A stretch of DNA of 64,000 nucleotides from a virus. Taxonomy: Duplodnaviria; Heunggongvirae; Uroviricota; Caudoviricetes. The stretch is from the IMG/VR virus record IMGVR_UViG_2595698548_000001, positions 130,140-194,139 of that record; one strand, 5' to 3'. The position numbers and the translations under genes are program-made. The stretch's first letter is position 1, and every line of letters begins with the position of its first letter. The notes below the pieces were generated by a model, which searched no databases, was not told the origin of the DNA, and saw only the letters and a program-made list of their open reading frames with translations. Positions 9,492 to 18,401 of the stretch are shown piece by piece.

Positions 9492-10490
9492 ATGGCGACC
9501 CGTACTCGTAACAAAGTGGTTGGCGGCAAAGTCGTCAAGCAAAAGGTAACGGTGGACAACTCCCCCGAGGCCAAAGCCAAGCGTAAGAAGGCGGCGCAGA
9601 CTCGCAAGAAGACTGCTTCCAAGGACAACGCCAAGGCTCGCACCGAGCGCAAGTCGCGCACCCCGCAAGAGAAGCTGGAAGCCGGCATCAAGCGTGCCAT
9701 GCTCCGCGCCGCTCGCGAAGGCCGCGATCCGAAGAAGGCGAAGAAAGACTACATCGCCTGGCACAAGAAGCAGCAGTCCCACGGCGCTGCCAAGTCCAAG
9801 TCCAAGGAAGCCGCTGCCAAGGTGCGCGAAGCTCACAAGAAGCAGCGCGAAGCCCTGACTGCCAAGCGCAAGGCCATGGCCGACAGCTACAAGGCTGCCC
9901 GCGCCAAGCTGAAAGGCCTGCCGATCGAGAAGCGCAAGGCTCAAGGTGCCAAGCTGCGTGACAAGTACAAGGCCAGCCTGGCCAAGCTGTCGCAAGCTCG
10001 CACCAAGCTGACCGCCGCCAAGAAGAAGAAGCTGGACGGCATCAAGTCCAAGCTGGCTGCCAAGAAGCCCGGCGCCAACCCGAACCGCAAGGTGAAGGCT
10101 GCTTCCGCTCCTGGCGTTACCGCTGCTCCGGCCAAGAAGCCGCGTAAGATGAAGACCACACCGGAAAAAGCGAAAGCCCAATCCAAGACCCCGGCCAGCG
10201 GCGCTAAGGCTCCGGCCAAGAAAGCTGCAACCAAAGCTGCCAAGCCGGTAGCCAAGAAAGCAGCAGTCAAGGCCGCCAAGCCGGCAGCCAAGGCCGAAGC
10301 CAAGAAAGTGGCAACCAAGGTCGCTAAGACCGAGGCCAAGAAAGCCGCGACCAAAGCTGCCAAGCCGGTAGCCAAGAAAGCAGCCACCAAGGCCGCCAAG
10401 CCCGCCGCTAAGGCGACCGCGAAGAAAGAAGCTGCCAAGCCGACTACTCGCGCTCGCGCCACCGGCAAAAAGGCTATCAAACGCGGCTAA
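9492..10490 (+). CDS. histone H1-like Lys/Ala-rich DNA-binding protein
   Basis: 332 aa dominated by K and A; C-terminal AKKAATKAAKPVAKKAA repeats like AlgP/Hc2/H1 tails; AGGAG RBS and own terminator. Confidence 0.85.
   Translation: MATRTRNKVVGGKVVKQKVTVDNSPEAKAKRKKAAQTRKKTASKDNAKARTERKSRTPQEKLEAGIKRAMLRAAREGRDPKKAKKDYIAWHKKQQSHGAAKSKSKEAAAKVREAHKKQREALTAKRKAMADSYKAARAKLKGLPIEKRKAQGAKLRDKYKASLAKLSQARTKLTAAKKKKLDGIKSKLAAKKPGANPNRKVKAASAPGVTAAPAKKPRKMKTTPEKAKAQSKTPASGAKAPAKKAATKAAKPVAKKAAVKAAKPAAKAEAKKVATKVAKTEAKKAATKAAKPVAKKAATKAAKPAAKATAKKEAAKPTTRARATGKKAIKRG
10215..10410 (+). repeat. imperfect 120-nt-period duplication inside the H1-like gene
   Basis: gccaagaaagc(t/c)gc(a/g)accaaagctgccaagccggtagccaagaaagcagc occurs at about 10215 and again at about 10335. 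Confidence 0.85.
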
Positions 10491-10513
10491 TCCCCGCACG
10501 GTAGTCTGACCTC

Positions 10514-10553
10514 AAAAAGGCCCGAGTCACTTCACTGTGGCTTGGGCCTTTTT
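10514..10553 (+). terminator. intrinsic terminator (possibly bidirectional)
   Basis: aaaaaggcccgagtcac-ttcact-gtggcttgggccttttt stem-loop with A and T tracts. Confidence 0.9.
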
Positions 10554-10573
10554 GTTTCTCCAGCCACCTGATC

Positions 10574-10581
10574 GCTAATTT
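10574..10581 (+). promoter_or_regulatory. candidate late-promoter motif GCTAATTT
   Basis: Intergenic, just after a terminator and before a structural block. Confidence 0.5.
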
Positions 10582-10613
10582 ATGAGCACGACACCTCTTG
10601 GCTGAGCATTACG

Positions 10614-11609
10614 ATGCAACTACAACCAAAATCTATCGACAGTAGCCAGAATGTCATCGACATTCGCAAGGCACGCAACGCCAATGAGCTTATAACGGTC
10701 ATTGGCCGTATCAACACAGCATTACGGCAACAGCAATCCCAACACAAGACAGAGCGCACCAAAGTGAAATTTGGTCCTATGTCGAAGCTGTATGACGGCC
10801 TTCGTTGGGTGCTGCAAACACAAGGCGAACTGCTGGCTGCGTCTACCGTAGCTCAGAGCCTGAACGATGCTAAGCGCGAGCGCTGTGTTACTGCGTTGGA
10901 TCACCTGAACGCCGACGTGCTCGCATTGAAGCGATCCCTGATTTCCCGCATCAACGCCGCATCGAAGCCTATGGTCAGCGAGAAGCTTGGCCAGTATGCC
11001 GATGCCGTTCACGACTTTCTGCGTCCGCTGTGTGAGAAGTTGTACTCCATCAGCATGTACGACGATTCCACGACCTACGTGGCATTCATCGCTCGGAACG
11101 TACAGACGGAAGGTTTTACCTCGCCGGAAGTGTGCTTGAAGCTGTCCGAGCGTGATGGTGTACTCAAGGTCTCCATCCCGTACAGCCCGTTCGTGGATAC
11201 TGAACAAGTCCCGCTGACCTCGTTGCGCGACCTGACCTACTTCCTTCAAGGTACGTTGAGCGTTCGCAAGACGGCTGCTCCGAAGCCGAAAGAAGAAAAG
11301 CTGCTACGCATCGAAGGTGTTACCGGAGTCGATGTTACCGATACCTTGAACCTGAATCTGGATGCTGCCGTTCGTCCTGCTGACATCAACGGCATTCTGC
11401 GATTGGTCATTCCGATGATCCGCAAAGCCTTCTCTCCAGACCAGTTCGAGGTCTTGCATCGCTTCAACAACCAAAGCGATAAGAAGTGCCTGCAGTTCTG
11501 TGTATGCAAGCGCGCAGTTGTAGACCCGAGAGCATTGAGTCGTTTGACCCGCCTGCTGGGTATGACCAAATCGCAGATCACTCAAATGACCGAACCGGAG
11601 ACCCCATGA
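10614..11609 (+). CDS. hypothetical protein (probable virion/late)
   Basis: 331-aa ORF opening a block that follows a GCTAATTT motif. Confidence 0.7.
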   Translation: MQLQPKSIDSSQNVIDIRKARNANELITVIGRINTALRQQQSQHKTERTKVKFGPMSKLYDGLRWVLQTQGELLAASTVAQSLNDAKRERCVTALDHLNADVLALKRSLISRINAASKPMVSEKLGQYADAVHDFLRPLCEKLYSISMYDDSTTYVAFIARNVQTEGFTSPEVCLKLSERDGVLKVSIPYSPFVDTEQVPLTSLRDLTYFLQGTLSVRKTAAPKPKEEKLLRIEGVTGVDVTDTLNLNLDAAVRPADINGILRLVIPMIRKAFSPDQFEVLHRFNNQSDKKCLQFCVCKRAVVDPRALSRLTRLLGMTKSQITQMTEPETP

Positions 11610-12649
11610 AACATCTCGAAAAATTGACCGAGGAACAACTGCTGGAGCACGCCAAGAAGCAGATGCCTCTGTATCGCCGCCTTCTGGCTCGCGCCACTTC
11701 CTTCCTCGGTGGGTTGTTCGGCAAGGGCCGCCAAGTGGCTACTGCCGCAGACGTTCAGATCAGCGTTGACGGCATGGGCGGTCGCCAAGTCGGTAAGCTC
11801 ACCCTGAGCAACTTCAAGGCACCCAGCTTCAACAAGCTCAAGTCGCACGTCACTGCGCTACAGGAAAGCGACGCCATCGACGAGCTGGACTATATCGTCA
11901 GCCGTCTGGCCAAGAGCGAAAATACCAAGATGAAGGCCGAGGCCAAGCGCATGTTGCCCATGCTGGTAGCGATGCAAGAGGCCTTCAATGATGCGCATGA
12001 AGCGCTGGAGTCCATTGCGGACAAGCACTTGCCTGCCGAAGTAGGCAATGTATTCCAAGCGGCCGACAAGCATGTCACCGAGTTCATGCGTGAATATACC
12101 GGTGACGCCAAAGTCGAAGTCCCGGCGAACGTGTTGGTTGGTGCCGAAGACGACCACATCGACTTCGTGCAATACTTTGAACTCACCGAGTTCGTCGAGC
12201 AGCGCATCTACCTGATGGTCACCTGTTCGCTGACCGCCGTGGGTAATGAGTACGTCATGTCCACGCACGTTACCTCGCAGGATCGCTTCCAAGGCCCTAT
12301 GAGCTACGACATCGGCGAGGCGACACAAGACGTCGGCAAGGCCATGCGCCAAGAGCTGGCTGTTCAAGGTGTGATCGTCACGACCGGCGCCATCAAGCTC
12401 AAGGTGGACGAGAAGCGCGTCACCAATGCGCTCAAGCGCCTCCCATTCGTTACCGACGTTAAGGTAGCACCGAAAGCCATCAACGTCTGGGTGAAGGGCA
12501 ACAAGCGCACGCACGATCAGGAGAAGGAAATCTTTGCGATTATCTCCTCCGATTCCGACGTCCGCACTCAGTTGGGCCGCAGTCGCCGCCTGGTGAGCAA
12601 CTTCACCGAAGACAAGCACTGGCAGTTCACCGTCACCGCCCGGGGCTGA
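11606..12649 (+). CDS. hypothetical protein (probable virion/late)
   Basis: GGAG RBS and ATGA overlap support start 11606 (MKHLEKL); strongly biased codon usage. Confidence 0.75.
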   Translation: MKHLEKLTEEQLLEHAKKQMPLYRRLLARATSFLGGLFGKGRQVATAADVQISVDGMGGRQVGKLTLSNFKAPSFNKLKSHVTALQESDAIDELDYIVSRLAKSENTKMKAEAKRMLPMLVAMQEAFNDAHEALESIADKHLPAEVGNVFQAADKHVTEFMREYTGDAKVEVPANVLVGAEDDHIDFVQYFELTEFVEQRIYLMVTCSLTAVGNEYVMSTHVTSQDRFQGPMSYDIGEATQDVGKAMRQELAVQGVIVTTGAIKLKVDEKRVTNALKRLPFVTDVKVAPKAINVWVKGNKRTHDQEKEIFAIISSDSDVRTQLGRSRRLVSNFTEDKHWQFTVTARG

Positions 12650-12651
12650 CC

Positions 12652-13581
12652 ATGTACCAATACTTCCATGACCCGTTGTCGTTTCGGCTGTCAACGTGGC
12701 CGTGGGGTGGTGCGTCTTACATCAAGACGTTCAACTACCGCGTCCACAACATCCTGTTCAAACCGCTGCTGGACTATCTCGCCGCTGAGCTGGACAAGAG
12801 CCCGACACTGAAAGTACGCAAGACCACGTTCACTCTGGTCAACGTCTACAGCGGGTTCACGGATATGAGCTACGGCTCAGGGCCTGCGCCGTATCGTTCC
12901 ATTCGACGCGGTCCAATCGTTTTCACGTTCGCCATGACACGTCGCGAGGGAGGCTTCCAATTCCCTCGCCACGTTATTTGGAACACAGGACACACCGCGC
13001 TCTGGGGTCCGAACCTGCAACGCGGACACGACTACCTGTCGATCAGCGTGCCGATCAACATTGCCATGCAGTGTCGGTTGAACAACACGCTGCGCACGCA
13101 GATGGAGTGGCTGTACAAAATCGTTGGAGGCTGGAGCAAGTCGTATGCGATGAGCCGTGATTCATTCACGCTGCGCAGCGACAGCAACAAGCTCACGCAT
13201 GACCAGTTGTACTTCCGAACCATTCCGAAGACCATGTGGATGTTCCCGTGGCAGGACTGGAAGTACGTTCGAGAGTTCTGGGATCGCGGCGCCGATGTGC
13301 TGAATCTGGACAACCTGGACGTGCAGTTCGTGGATTACTTCTTGTCGTACCTGACACGGTACTTCAACAAGGTCGACGACCCGAACGTGAAGCCTGCCTT
13401 TGAGTTCATCGAGCAGACCGTACGTTCCGGTATTCTGGATTGCGTACAGCGCACTTCGAGTGACCTGTCACGTCTGGTTGAACCGTACATCCCAATCGAC
13501 ATCAAGACACAGATGGTACAAGGCGAAGCGACCGATGTCGAATCGCTTGTTCGTGCCATTTGCAATGGGGACACCAAATGA
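12652..13581 (+). CDS. hypothetical protein
   Basis: 309-aa aromatic-rich ORF, tightly coupled to its neighbours. Confidence 0.7.
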   Translation: MYQYFHDPLSFRLSTWPWGGASYIKTFNYRVHNILFKPLLDYLAAELDKSPTLKVRKTTFTLVNVYSGFTDMSYGSGPAPYRSIRRGPIVFTFAMTRREGGFQFPRHVIWNTGHTALWGPNLQRGHDYLSISVPINIAMQCRLNNTLRTQMEWLYKIVGGWSKSYAMSRDSFTLRSDSNKLTHDQLYFRTIPKTMWMFPWQDWKYVREFWDRGADVLNLDNLDVQFVDYFLSYLTRYFNKVDDPNVKPAFEFIEQTVRSGILDCVQRTSSDLSRLVEPYIPIDIKTQMVQGEATDVESLVRAICNGDTK

Positions 13582-14798
13582 GTTCCGTCCATAAGTGTGT
13601 CGAGGGTACCAACCTGGCCGTGATCGATGTCATCTTGGATGAGTTCGATCAGCCAGTCCATCCTGCAGATAACGTCGCAGGCCCTCGCGTCCGTGTTTAC
13701 GATACGGACAAATCAGTCATCTGCGAAGTCATCGCAACTGTCGATCCGAGCGAGCCCGGTGCTTGGCGTGCCGACCTCGCCATCCCCAAGATGGGGCTCA
13801 AGGATCGTGTTGATCTGCGCTGCGTGTGGCACCTGCGAGGCAACGACGGTGAGTCGTACAAGTCCACGCACGTCCTGCAGGTAAGTCCACAGACGGATGA
13901 GCGCACTGGCGACGTTATCGCCATGTACTCCCGCGATATGCACCTGACTGTGGCTCTGCCGTTCTCGTTCGATCCCGGCAAACCAAAGCAGCCTGCAAAT
14001 CCTCAGAAAGGGCTGCCTGCTGTTCCAGGACGTCCCGGCGATATGCTGACCTTCAGCCTGTATCGGAACAACGAACCTCTCATGGTCGATCTTCCGTTCA
14101 GCGATCCTGCCGTTGCGTATGAGCAATATGCGGACAAGACCGTTGTTCGGGTGCCGAACGTGGCTGGGTTGGCAAAGCTGGAGCCGCTGCTGTTGTACGT
14201 CCAGCACACCCGGAAAGATGCGTTCACTCCGACGATGTACACGTTCAAGGTGTGGATCATCACGCCGCAAGTCCTAGTGGCCGCCAACAGCCTTGAGCAG
14301 TTCATCAACAAGGCGCGGGTGCAGAACGTGATCCCAGAGCTGGAGTACACGCAGAGCGACCTGTTGGAGTATCTGGCCCGCGGCTTGAACCTGTTCAACA
14401 TGTTCCCACCGCAGCTCACTGCGTTCAACGGTACCAACATGCAGGGCCTGATCTACGACTGCTGGTTGCAGTGCAGTTCGTACTACGCTCTGGCTGCGCA
14501 GCTCCAAGCTGAAGGTGCCCTTGCGTTCGACTTCTCCGGTCAGAGCGTGTCGCTGAACGTGGATCGCACTCCCGCCATTGAGTCGGCCCTGGGTCGCGTG
14601 GAACAAGGCATCGAGCAGTATGTCAAACCCGCCAAGAAGCTGCTGGCTCGTGCAGGTGTCAACTCTGGTGATGGTTCGCAAGGTGGCAAGTTCATCGATG
14701 GCAGTTCGCAGATCGGCGCTGTCGGACTTATCAACGCTCCGACTACACGTCTTCCATGGACTGGTCGTGGCGCTACGTGGAGCCGCGGCTTCTTGTAA
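13578..14798 (+). CDS. virion structural protein, possible head-tail adaptor/neck protein
   Basis: N-terminal beta-rich domain; the C-terminal helical part (LLEYLARG...YYALAAQ...FSGQSVSL) resembles connector adaptors; ATGA-coupled start. Confidence 0.45.
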   Translation: MSSVHKCVEGTNLAVIDVILDEFDQPVHPADNVAGPRVRVYDTDKSVICEVIATVDPSEPGAWRADLAIPKMGLKDRVDLRCVWHLRGNDGESYKSTHVLQVSPQTDERTGDVIAMYSRDMHLTVALPFSFDPGKPKQPANPQKGLPAVPGRPGDMLTFSLYRNNEPLMVDLPFSDPAVAYEQYADKTVVRVPNVAGLAKLEPLLLYVQHTRKDAFTPTMYTFKVWIITPQVLVAANSLEQFINKARVQNVIPELEYTQSDLLEYLARGLNLFNMFPPQLTAFNGTNMQGLIYDCWLQCSSYYALAAQLQAEGALAFDFSGQSVSLNVDRTPAIESALGRVEQGIEQYVKPAKKLLARAGVNSGDGSQGGKFIDGSSQIGAVGLINAPTTRLPWTGRGATWSRGFL

Positions 14799-14816
14799 TT
14801 TCATGTGGAGAGCAAC

Positions 14817-15257
14817 ATGACGCAACTCACGCAAAACTTCACGCTCGCCGAGTTCGAGCGCTCCGACACTGCACGCGCACAAGGGATCGACAACTCCGTC
14901 CCCAAGGCGTTGCTTCCCAATGTTCAGCGCCTCGCCGAGTTCCTGCAGGAACTGCGTGATGCTCTGGGCAAGCGTATCATCATCAGCTCCGGCTATCGTG
15001 GTGACGCGCTGAATCGCATGGTTGGTGGTGTCACGTCCTCTGCGCACACGCAGGGTCTGGCTGCCGACATCAGCGTTCCGGGCATGAGCCCTGAGGAGCT
15101 GTTCCAGGCGATCATCAAACTGGACCTCGGTTATGACCAAGTGATCCAGGAGTTCGACAAATGGGTCCACGTCGGCCTGAGCGTCGGCAAACCGCGCAAG
15201 CAGCGTCTTCGCGCAACGAAAAACTCGGCCAAGAAAACGGTCTACACTCAAGTCTAA
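14817..15257 (+). CDS. peptidase M15A-family endolysin
   Basis: LTQNFTLAEF, SSGYR...N..VGG...SAH..GLAAD and WVH zinc motifs; GGAG RBS. Confidence 0.88.
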   Translation: MTQLTQNFTLAEFERSDTARAQGIDNSVPKALLPNVQRLAEFLQELRDALGKRIIISSGYRGDALNRMVGGVTSSAHTQGLAADISVPGMSPEELFQAIIKLDLGYDQVIQEFDKWVHVGLSVGKPRKQRLRATKNSAKKTVYTQV

Positions 15258-15269
15258 ACGGAGACACTC

Positions 15270-16130
15270 ATGTCCAGTTTCGAGCATACTCGCCAGAACG
15301 TGACTCAGGCGCTGCGCAACCTGCAAGCCGAAGGCCCGTCCTTCCAAGTCCAGCGCGTCACTCCCATCGGCGACAAGTTCGCCCGCATCCTCGGCACCAT
15401 CACCGCCAGCGCCAGCCCGGAAGCCGTGCGTAACGCCGTCTCCAAGCTCAGCAACAAGGTCGTGCCTGTTGAGGGCAGCTTCGCAGCCATCGCCTCCAAC
15501 GGCATCACCCAGACCGTCGAAGGTATCGTCGGTGTGCTGGAGCAGCGTGTAGTTCTCGACGAGAGCAACGCCAGCGGCTTCACTGCCATTGCCAACACCA
15601 ACATGTACATGGACTCCGAAGAGCGCCTGTGGAGCCTGAACAAGACCGACGCCGGCGACATCCTGATCAAGTCCCACGCGGGCGACGATCTGGAGATCAT
15701 GAACAGCCTCATGGCCTGTGTCGCTTCCAACAGCGTCGGCATTCAGGAATCCATCCCTGCCAGTGATCGCGTCGCTCAACAGCGTATCGGTCTGCAAGGT
15801 GGTGACCTGATGGCGTATGTCAGCCCGTCGCTCGGTCGTACCGTCATGGGCTTCGCTGTCGCCAGCGTGGATGACGCTCACGGCAACGACACCGGCCTGC
15901 TGGCTGTGATCGACCGCGATGGTAACGTCGAGCAGGTGCACCGTGATCTGGTTATCGCCTCGGTGGCCAGCAACGACATCGAGTTCGACGACACTACCGA
16001 GATGGAAGCCGTCGCTGCTGGGAACTTCTCGCTGGAGTTCATCGCTGACTACTACCGCAAGATGTTCATCCGCAGTCCGGAATACTTCGACAAGTTCTGG
16101 GCTCGCTTCAAGAGCCACGCTTTCATGTAA
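15270..16130 (+). CDS. hypothetical protein, probably highly expressed structural protein
   Basis: Strong RBS, extreme C/G-ending codon bias, followed by a terminator. Confidence 0.7.
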   Translation: MSSFEHTRQNVTQALRNLQAEGPSFQVQRVTPIGDKFARILGTITASASPEAVRNAVSKLSNKVVPVEGSFAAIASNGITQTVEGIVGVLEQRVVLDESNASGFTAIANTNMYMDSEERLWSLNKTDAGDILIKSHAGDDLEIMNSLMACVASNSVGIQESIPASDRVAQQRIGLQGGDLMAYVSPSLGRTVMGFAVASVDDAHGNDTGLLAVIDRDGNVEQVHRDLVIASVASNDIEFDDTTEMEAVAAGNFSLEFIADYYRKMFIRSPEYFDKFWARFKSHAFM

Positions 16131-16156
16131 TCTGTGGCGCCATCCAGTAGTGAAGG

Positions 16157-16183
16157 AGGGGTGCCTTAGGGTGCCCCTTTTTT
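16157..16183 (+). terminator. intrinsic terminator
   Basis: aggggtgcc-ttag-ggtgcccct followed by a T tract. Confidence 0.85.
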
Positions 16184-16194
16184 AGGTCCGCGAT

Positions 16195-17007
16195 ATGCCA
16201 AAACTCAAGACGAAAACCAAAGGTGATCGACGCATAGACGTTAGCGGCGTTGACGTTGATGAGCGCGGTCGCCTCAGAAACAAGGATGTGCCAGATGACG
16301 CACGCCGTAGTTCTGGCGTGAAGAAAAAGAAACGCACGGATGACAGGAAGGCAAAACTCGCAACTCTGTCTGAGGAAGAACCCAAGAAGCGCAAGAAGAA
16401 ACGCGCTCTGGATGAGGATGAACTTCCGAAGAAGAAAAAGCTGAAACAGGCTACGCTATCCACTGAGGAGAAGCGAGCCAAGAAGAAGGACAAGCTGGAG
16501 CGAGAGCCCGCAACATCGAAGCAGCTTGCCAAGATGGAGCGACGCAAAGCTAAGCTGCTGGACGACCTCGAAACTCTGCCGGTACCATCCGATCACGGAG
16601 ACGAGTTCGATCACCAGTATCGCGGCATGTTCGATAACCTGCGGACCATCACGGCACTCTTCGAGGAGAAGATGCTGTCGAATCCAACGGGTCGTGACGT
16701 GTACGCCCTCTCCACGCTTTACTCGCAGATGCGAGAGGTGATTGCGGACATCCGTTCCGCGAAGGACGTAACCTCTCAAATTCATGAGCTGGAGTCCAAG
16801 GCCTATTCTTCGTTCCTGACCATGGTTGGCCAGACGTATATCGACACCTTCTTCAAGATGCAGAAGGACATCCGCATGTACGTCAAGGACACTGATGCCC
16901 AGTCGCAGCTCATCGCCTCGTTGCAGGGCGTTTGCAAAGACCAGGCAGACAAAATCCAGATCGGTTACGGCGCAATGCTAGACCGTGTCCGTACGGTACT
17001 GATGTGA
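16195..17007 (+). CDS. hypothetical protein with Lys-rich N-terminus and helical C-terminus (possible small terminase-like)
   Basis: 270 aa; function guessed only from size, composition and adjacency to an HNH gene. Confidence 0.35.
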   Translation: MPKLKTKTKGDRRIDVSGVDVDERGRLRNKDVPDDARRSSGVKKKKRTDDRKAKLATLSEEEPKKRKKKRALDEDELPKKKKLKQATLSTEEKRAKKKDKLEREPATSKQLAKMERRKAKLLDDLETLPVPSDHGDEFDHQYRGMFDNLRTITALFEEKMLSNPTGRDVYALSTLYSQMREVIADIRSAKDVTSQIHELESKAYSSFLTMVGQTYIDTFFKMQKDIRMYVKDTDAQSQLIASLQGVCKDQADKIQIGYGAMLDRVRTVLM

Positions 17008-17381
17008 TGAAACGACCCAAGGTCCACAAGTCGAAAGCGCGCCTCGTAACCGGCCCCAAGAAAGTAGGGACCGTTGCCAAGATACGCCGCACCAAAACGC
17101 AAGCGTACGGTGATCGGTGGACCTGGGCTGCGATGTGCGCCGAAGTAAAACGTCGTGCCGGACATAAGTGCCAGAAGTGCGGTCGACCCGAATCCGAATA
17201 CGGACTGCAGGTTGATCACATTGTCGAAGTTTCGCGCGGTGGGCAGACGGCCTTCTACAACCTGAGGGCCCTATGTCCCATCTGTCACGCGAACCGACCC
17301 AGCCACAAATCCGCCAAGAATCTCATCCTACATGAAGCTAAGAATCGTGACCAACGTCGAGTTTCCAAGGGACGTAAGTGA
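17007..17381 (+). CDS. HNH endonuclease
   Basis: CQKC...QVDHIVEVSRGG...NLRALCPICH; start coupled to the upstream stop (TGATG). Confidence 0.88.
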   Translation: MKRPKVHKSKARLVTGPKKVGTVAKIRRTKTQAYGDRWTWAAMCAEVKRRAGHKCQKCGRPESEYGLQVDHIVEVSRGGQTAFYNLRALCPICHANRPSHKSAKNLILHEAKNRDQRRVSKGRK

Positions 17382-18015
17382 AGACTACCGTCCTGTATGG
17401 GATGCGTTCCTTAAGATGCGTGCCGTTACTCAGCTTCGGATGTTTGAGAATGCGGAGACGGCCGTACCGGAATGCTTTCGTTTGTTAATCAACCAGACTG
17501 GCGCCAAAGTCAAGCTGCTCCATACTGTAAAAGAGTGTATGCCGCTCGCCAAGCCCATCAAACGCCTGAAGGATTTTCTTCGCAAAGGCGACGTGTTGGG
17601 TCACATGCGAATCGTGCGGCATTCGCAGTCTATGCGGTACCAAGAAGCTGGCTCTGTTTGCGCCCTCTATAACCCTGTCTTCCAGGGTATTGTCGTTTTA
17701 CGGCCGATGCGATTCGACCTGAACTACATGGTCAACCGCATGCAGGGCTTGTTGTTCAAGCACGTGCCGTACCAGATCAGCGACAAGATGCCGAACGGCA
17801 ACCCGAAGAAGCAGAAGAAATTCGGTGCACTGCGCGACGCTGATTATGCGACCGTGCTTAGTACCACGGACCTCGTCGTCTACATGGCGCGAACCGAGAA
17901 CGAACTTGTCTTGAAGTACGAAGTCAAGTTGGCAGCCATAGTGCCCCTTTACCAGCGGGTAGACGTTGCTCTAAAGAGTACATGGCGTAACGCAATCACA
18001 GGAGTCTTTGTATGA
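17332..18015 (+). CDS. hypothetical protein
   Basis: 227-aa ORF; no motif recognised. Confidence 0.65.
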   Translation: MKLRIVTNVEFPRDVSEDYRPVWDAFLKMRAVTQLRMFENAETAVPECFRLLINQTGAKVKLLHTVKECMPLAKPIKRLKDFLRKGDVLGHMRIVRHSQSMRYQEAGSVCALYNPVFQGIVVLRPMRFDLNYMVNRMQGLLFKHVPYQISDKMPNGNPKKQKKFGALRDADYATVLSTTDLVVYMARTENELVLKYEVKLAAIVPLYQRVDVALKSTWRNAITGVFV

Positions 18016-18392
18016 GCGGCGATATGGACAATGTCCAACAGAAGCTGCAAGAACTTGCCGATGGGCAGTCCAGCCCAGGCACCCTACAGATCATCGACAG
18101 TCTCAGCCGAGAGTTGGACAGTGCGCGATCTGAACTGCTGTACGAGCGCATGAGCGATGCTCAGGACGTGACCGACAAGGAGGTGACCGAGTTCAAGCGC
18201 AAAGTCTACGCCTCGCTCAAGACGGAGCGGGCCGCCGACCTTGCAATGCTTTACGGTCGCAAGTTCTTCGAGGCGCATACTCCTGCCGTGTGTCTGGCAG
18301 TAGCGCAGGCCCTCGTTACCATCGCAAACGAGCAGAAGGCCAAGACGCCAAAACTTTGGCAAGACCTTCTGGAATCTCGTGGTCACATTTGA
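18012..18392 (+). CDS. hypothetical protein
   Basis: 126-aa helical ORF, ATGA-coupled. Confidence 0.7.
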   Translation: MSGDMDNVQQKLQELADGQSSPGTLQIIDSLSRELDSARSELLYERMSDAQDVTDKEVTEFKRKVYASLKTERAADLAMLYGRKFFEAHTPAVCLAVAQALVTIANEQKAKTPKLWQDLLESRGHI

Positions 18393-18401
18393 GGACATAT
18401 C

